Origin: Mesorhizobium sp.
Lineage (GTDB): Bacteria; Pseudomonadota; Alphaproteobacteria; Rhizobiales; Rhizobiaceae
Assembly (NCBI RefSeq): GCF_041661565.1
Contig: NZ_JBAZUD010000001.1
Span: 11,321 to 75,320 of the forward strand
Direction of reading: 5' to 3'
DNA length: 64,000 bases
A program made the translations under genes and the position numbers. Under the pieces are notes generated by a model that worked only from the letters and a program-made list of their open reading frames with translations, ran no database searches and was not told where the DNA came from. Below are positions 61,941-64,000 of this stretch, in pieces (the first letter of the stretch is position 1; every line of letters starts with the position of its first letter).

Positions 61941-62564
61941 ATGATGCGGATATCTCGCCTAGCCGACCTTAGCGCCGTCGGCACCCTGGTTGTCTTGATA
62001 GGCTTGTCGTTCCCGGGTATGGCCCTGGCACAAACCACACCGACGCAGGTTGCCCCGGCGGCGCCTGCCCAGGCCGAACCCAAGCTCGAAACGTTCGGCC
62101 GATGGTCGACATTGGTCGACGAGGTCGATACCGGCCAGGATATCCGCAAGACCTGCGCCGCCTCGACCGCTTTTGTCGGCACCGGCGGCGAAAGCGGTAC
62201 CTTGACGCTCATCATCTCCAACGGCGATGCGCTGCCGCCGGACGCTTATCCATCCCTGACGATCGCCGTCGACAACAAGGGCCTGCCGACCGGCAAGACC
62301 GTCGCGGCGACTTTCGGCGATGACAAGGGCCGTGTCGGCGTCAAGGTTCATTCCGACGCCCCGATCAACGGCAGGCTCAGCTGGACCGCGGACAACCAGG
62401 CCAAGACCAGCCTGGCGCTGCTGCGCGCCATGCGCCGCGCCTCGGCGCTCGATGTCGCCTTTGGCGACATGCCCGTGGCAAGCATATCGATGGACGGTTT
62501 CACCAAGGCTTATCGCAACCTCGGCGCGTCGTGCGGCTTCCCGACCGCCGACGTGGCGCCCTGA
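61941..62564 (+). CDS. Exported hypothetical protein, possibly IalB-like
   Basis: Signal peptide ALA-Q, Pro/Ala linker, FGRW...C and AMRR...ISMDGFTKAY. Confidence 0.6.
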   Translation: MMRISRLADLSAVGTLVVLIGLSFPGMALAQTTPTQVAPAAPAQAEPKLETFGRWSTLVDEVDTGQDIRKTCAASTAFVGTGGESGTLTLIISNGDALPPDAYPSLTIAVDNKGLPTGKTVAATFGDDKGRVGVKVHSDAPINGRLSWTADNQAKTSLALLRAMRRASALDVAFGDMPVASISMDGFTKAYRNLGASCGFPTADVAP

Positions 62565-62714
62565 CGGCATCGGCTGCCGGCGCTTGCGGCACTGGCAATC
62601 CGCCACGCGCCTCGCTACATCTGGGGCGCGGGCGGCTGTCTCTGATACTTTGCCATCGCGGCAAAAACCTCTAAGCCTTTCGCTTCACCAGATTCGCCAA
62701 CCAAAGGCTTCTCC

Positions 62715-63209
62715 ATGCGCTGTCCCTATTGCCAGTCGGAAGATACGCAGGTGAAGGATTCCCGCCCCGCCGAGGACGGCGCGGCGATCCGAAGGCGACG
62801 CGTCTGCCCCGATTGCGGCGGCCGCTTCACCACTTTCGAGCGTGTGCAATTGCGTGATCTCGTCGTGGTCAAGAAATCCGGTCGGAAAGTGCCGTTCGAC
62901 CGCGACAAGCTGCTGCGCTCGGTGGAGATCGCCGTCCGCAAGCGCAATGTCGATCCCGAACGCATCGACCGCGCGGTGACCGGGATCGTGCGCCAGCTCG
63001 AAAGTTCCGGCGAAACGGAGGTTGCTTCGGGAGAGGTCGGCCGGCTGGTCATGGAAGCCCTGAAGTCGCTCGACGATGTCGCCTATGTGCGCTTCGCCTC
63101 GGTCTACCGCAATTTTCGCGAAGCCAAGGATTTCCACGAATTGCTGGGCGAACTGAAGGTCGACGAGCCCAAGGGCGATGGCCATAAGGGCGAAGAGGAC
63201 GCCGGCTGA
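62715..63209 (+). CDS. nrdR: Transcriptional repressor NrdR
   Basis: [25 protein letters not shown]-cone and AYVRFASVY. Confidence 0.97.
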   Translation: MRCPYCQSEDTQVKDSRPAEDGAAIRRRRVCPDCGGRFTTFERVQLRDLVVVKKSGRKVPFDRDKLLRSVEIAVRKRNVDPERIDRAVTGIVRQLESSGETEVASGEVGRLVMEALKSLDDVAYVRFASVYRNFREAKDFHELLGELKVDEPKGDGHKGEEDAG

Positions 63210-63211
63210 GC

Positions 63212-64000
63212 ATGATTGCGGCTGACAAGACCGGTCAGGCAGCCCTCGATCGCCGCTTCATGGCGGCGGCGCTCAGGCTGTCGCGCAAGAACGCGGGGCG
63301 CACCGCGACCAACCCGTCGGTCGGCACGCTGATCGTGCGCGATGACGGCAACGGCCCGATGATCGTCGGCACCGGCGTCACCGCTGTCGGCGGCCGGCCG
63401 CACGCCGAAACGGAGGCCCTCGCAGAAGCCGGCGCGCTCGCGCGTGGCGCCACGGCCTATGTCACCCTGGAGCCCTGCGCCCATCACGGCCGCACCCCGC
63501 CTTGCGCCAATGCGCTGGTCAATGCCGGCATCGCGCGTGTTGTCGGCGCTGCCAGCGATCCCGATCCGCGGGTGTGCGGCAAGGGCTATGCGATCCTGCG
63601 CGCCGCCGGGGTCGAGGTGCTGGAGAAAGTGCTGGCGGCGGAAGCCGCCGAACAGATGGCCGGCTACCTGATTCGATCGTTGAAGAAGCGGCCCGAAGTG
63701 ATTCTCAAGCTTGCGCTTTCCAGTGACGGAAAGATCGGCCGGCAAGGCCAGGGCCAGGTGTCGATCACCGGAGAAATCGCGCGCCGCGAGGTGTATCTCA
63801 TGCGGGCCGAGGCGGACGGCATCCTGGTCGGCATCGGGACTGCGCTCGAGGATGATCCCGCGCTGACGGTGCGCTTGCCAGGACTGGAAAACCGTTCGCC
63901 GGCCCGCATCGTGCTGGACCGGCAGCTCAGATTGCCGGAGACCTCCAAGCTGGTTTCAGGCGTGGACCGGGTGCCGCTCTATATCGCTGCTTGCCTGGAG
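63212..64000 (+). CDS. ribD: Bifunctional riboflavin biosynthesis deaminase/reductase, 5' part (runs off window)
   Basis: MIAADK...TATNPSVG, PHAE, TLEPCAHHGRTPPC, LKLALSSDG and DDP.LTVRL; follows nrdR. Confidence 0.95.
   Translation, partial: MIAADKTGQAALDRRFMAAALRLSRKNAGRTATNPSVGTLIVRDDGNGPMIVGTGVTAVGGRPHAETEALAEAGALARGATAYVTLEPCAHHGRTPPCANALVNAGIARVVGAASDPDPRVCGKGYAILRAAGVEVLEKVLAAEAAEQMAGYLIRSLKKRPEVILKLALSSDGKIGRQGQGQVSITGEIARREVYLMRAEADGILVGIGTALEDDPALTVRLPGLENRSPARIVLDRQLRLPETSKLVSGVDRVPLYIAACLE

Overview
GC-rich alphaproteobacterial chromosome segment, most consistent with Mesorhizobium or a close relative (gene content, gene order and Rhizobiales palindromic repeats). Most of it is core genome: hutU(3' end)-hutD, ndvB/ndvA (cyclic beta-1,2-glucan), a lone ccmC, ppx, rlmE, guaB, rnd, aspS, parC, bpt, sthA, opgC, ppk2, hemB, ldtR plus an L,D-transpeptidase, glyA, nrdR and ribD(5' end), with MFS transporters and regulators in between. 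The main accessory segment is an integrase-less islet of about 3 kb (16890-19878) abutting the 3' end of tRNA-Gln(CTG). It holds an internally duplicated-domain protein, a long non-coding stretch with a terminator, and a coupled three-gene unit (DUF6650-like protein, AT-rich 2TM protein, small membrane protein) that is a candidate anti-phage module. Other points of interest are a LacI regulator with three palindromic operators in front of a single 50-aa ORF, a possible terminator/antiterminator switch in the guaB leader, a 92-bp palindromic element duplicated in tandem and partly inside the rlmE coding sequence, and small ORFs below the ORF-track cut-off. All family assignments come from motif recognition; no searches were run.
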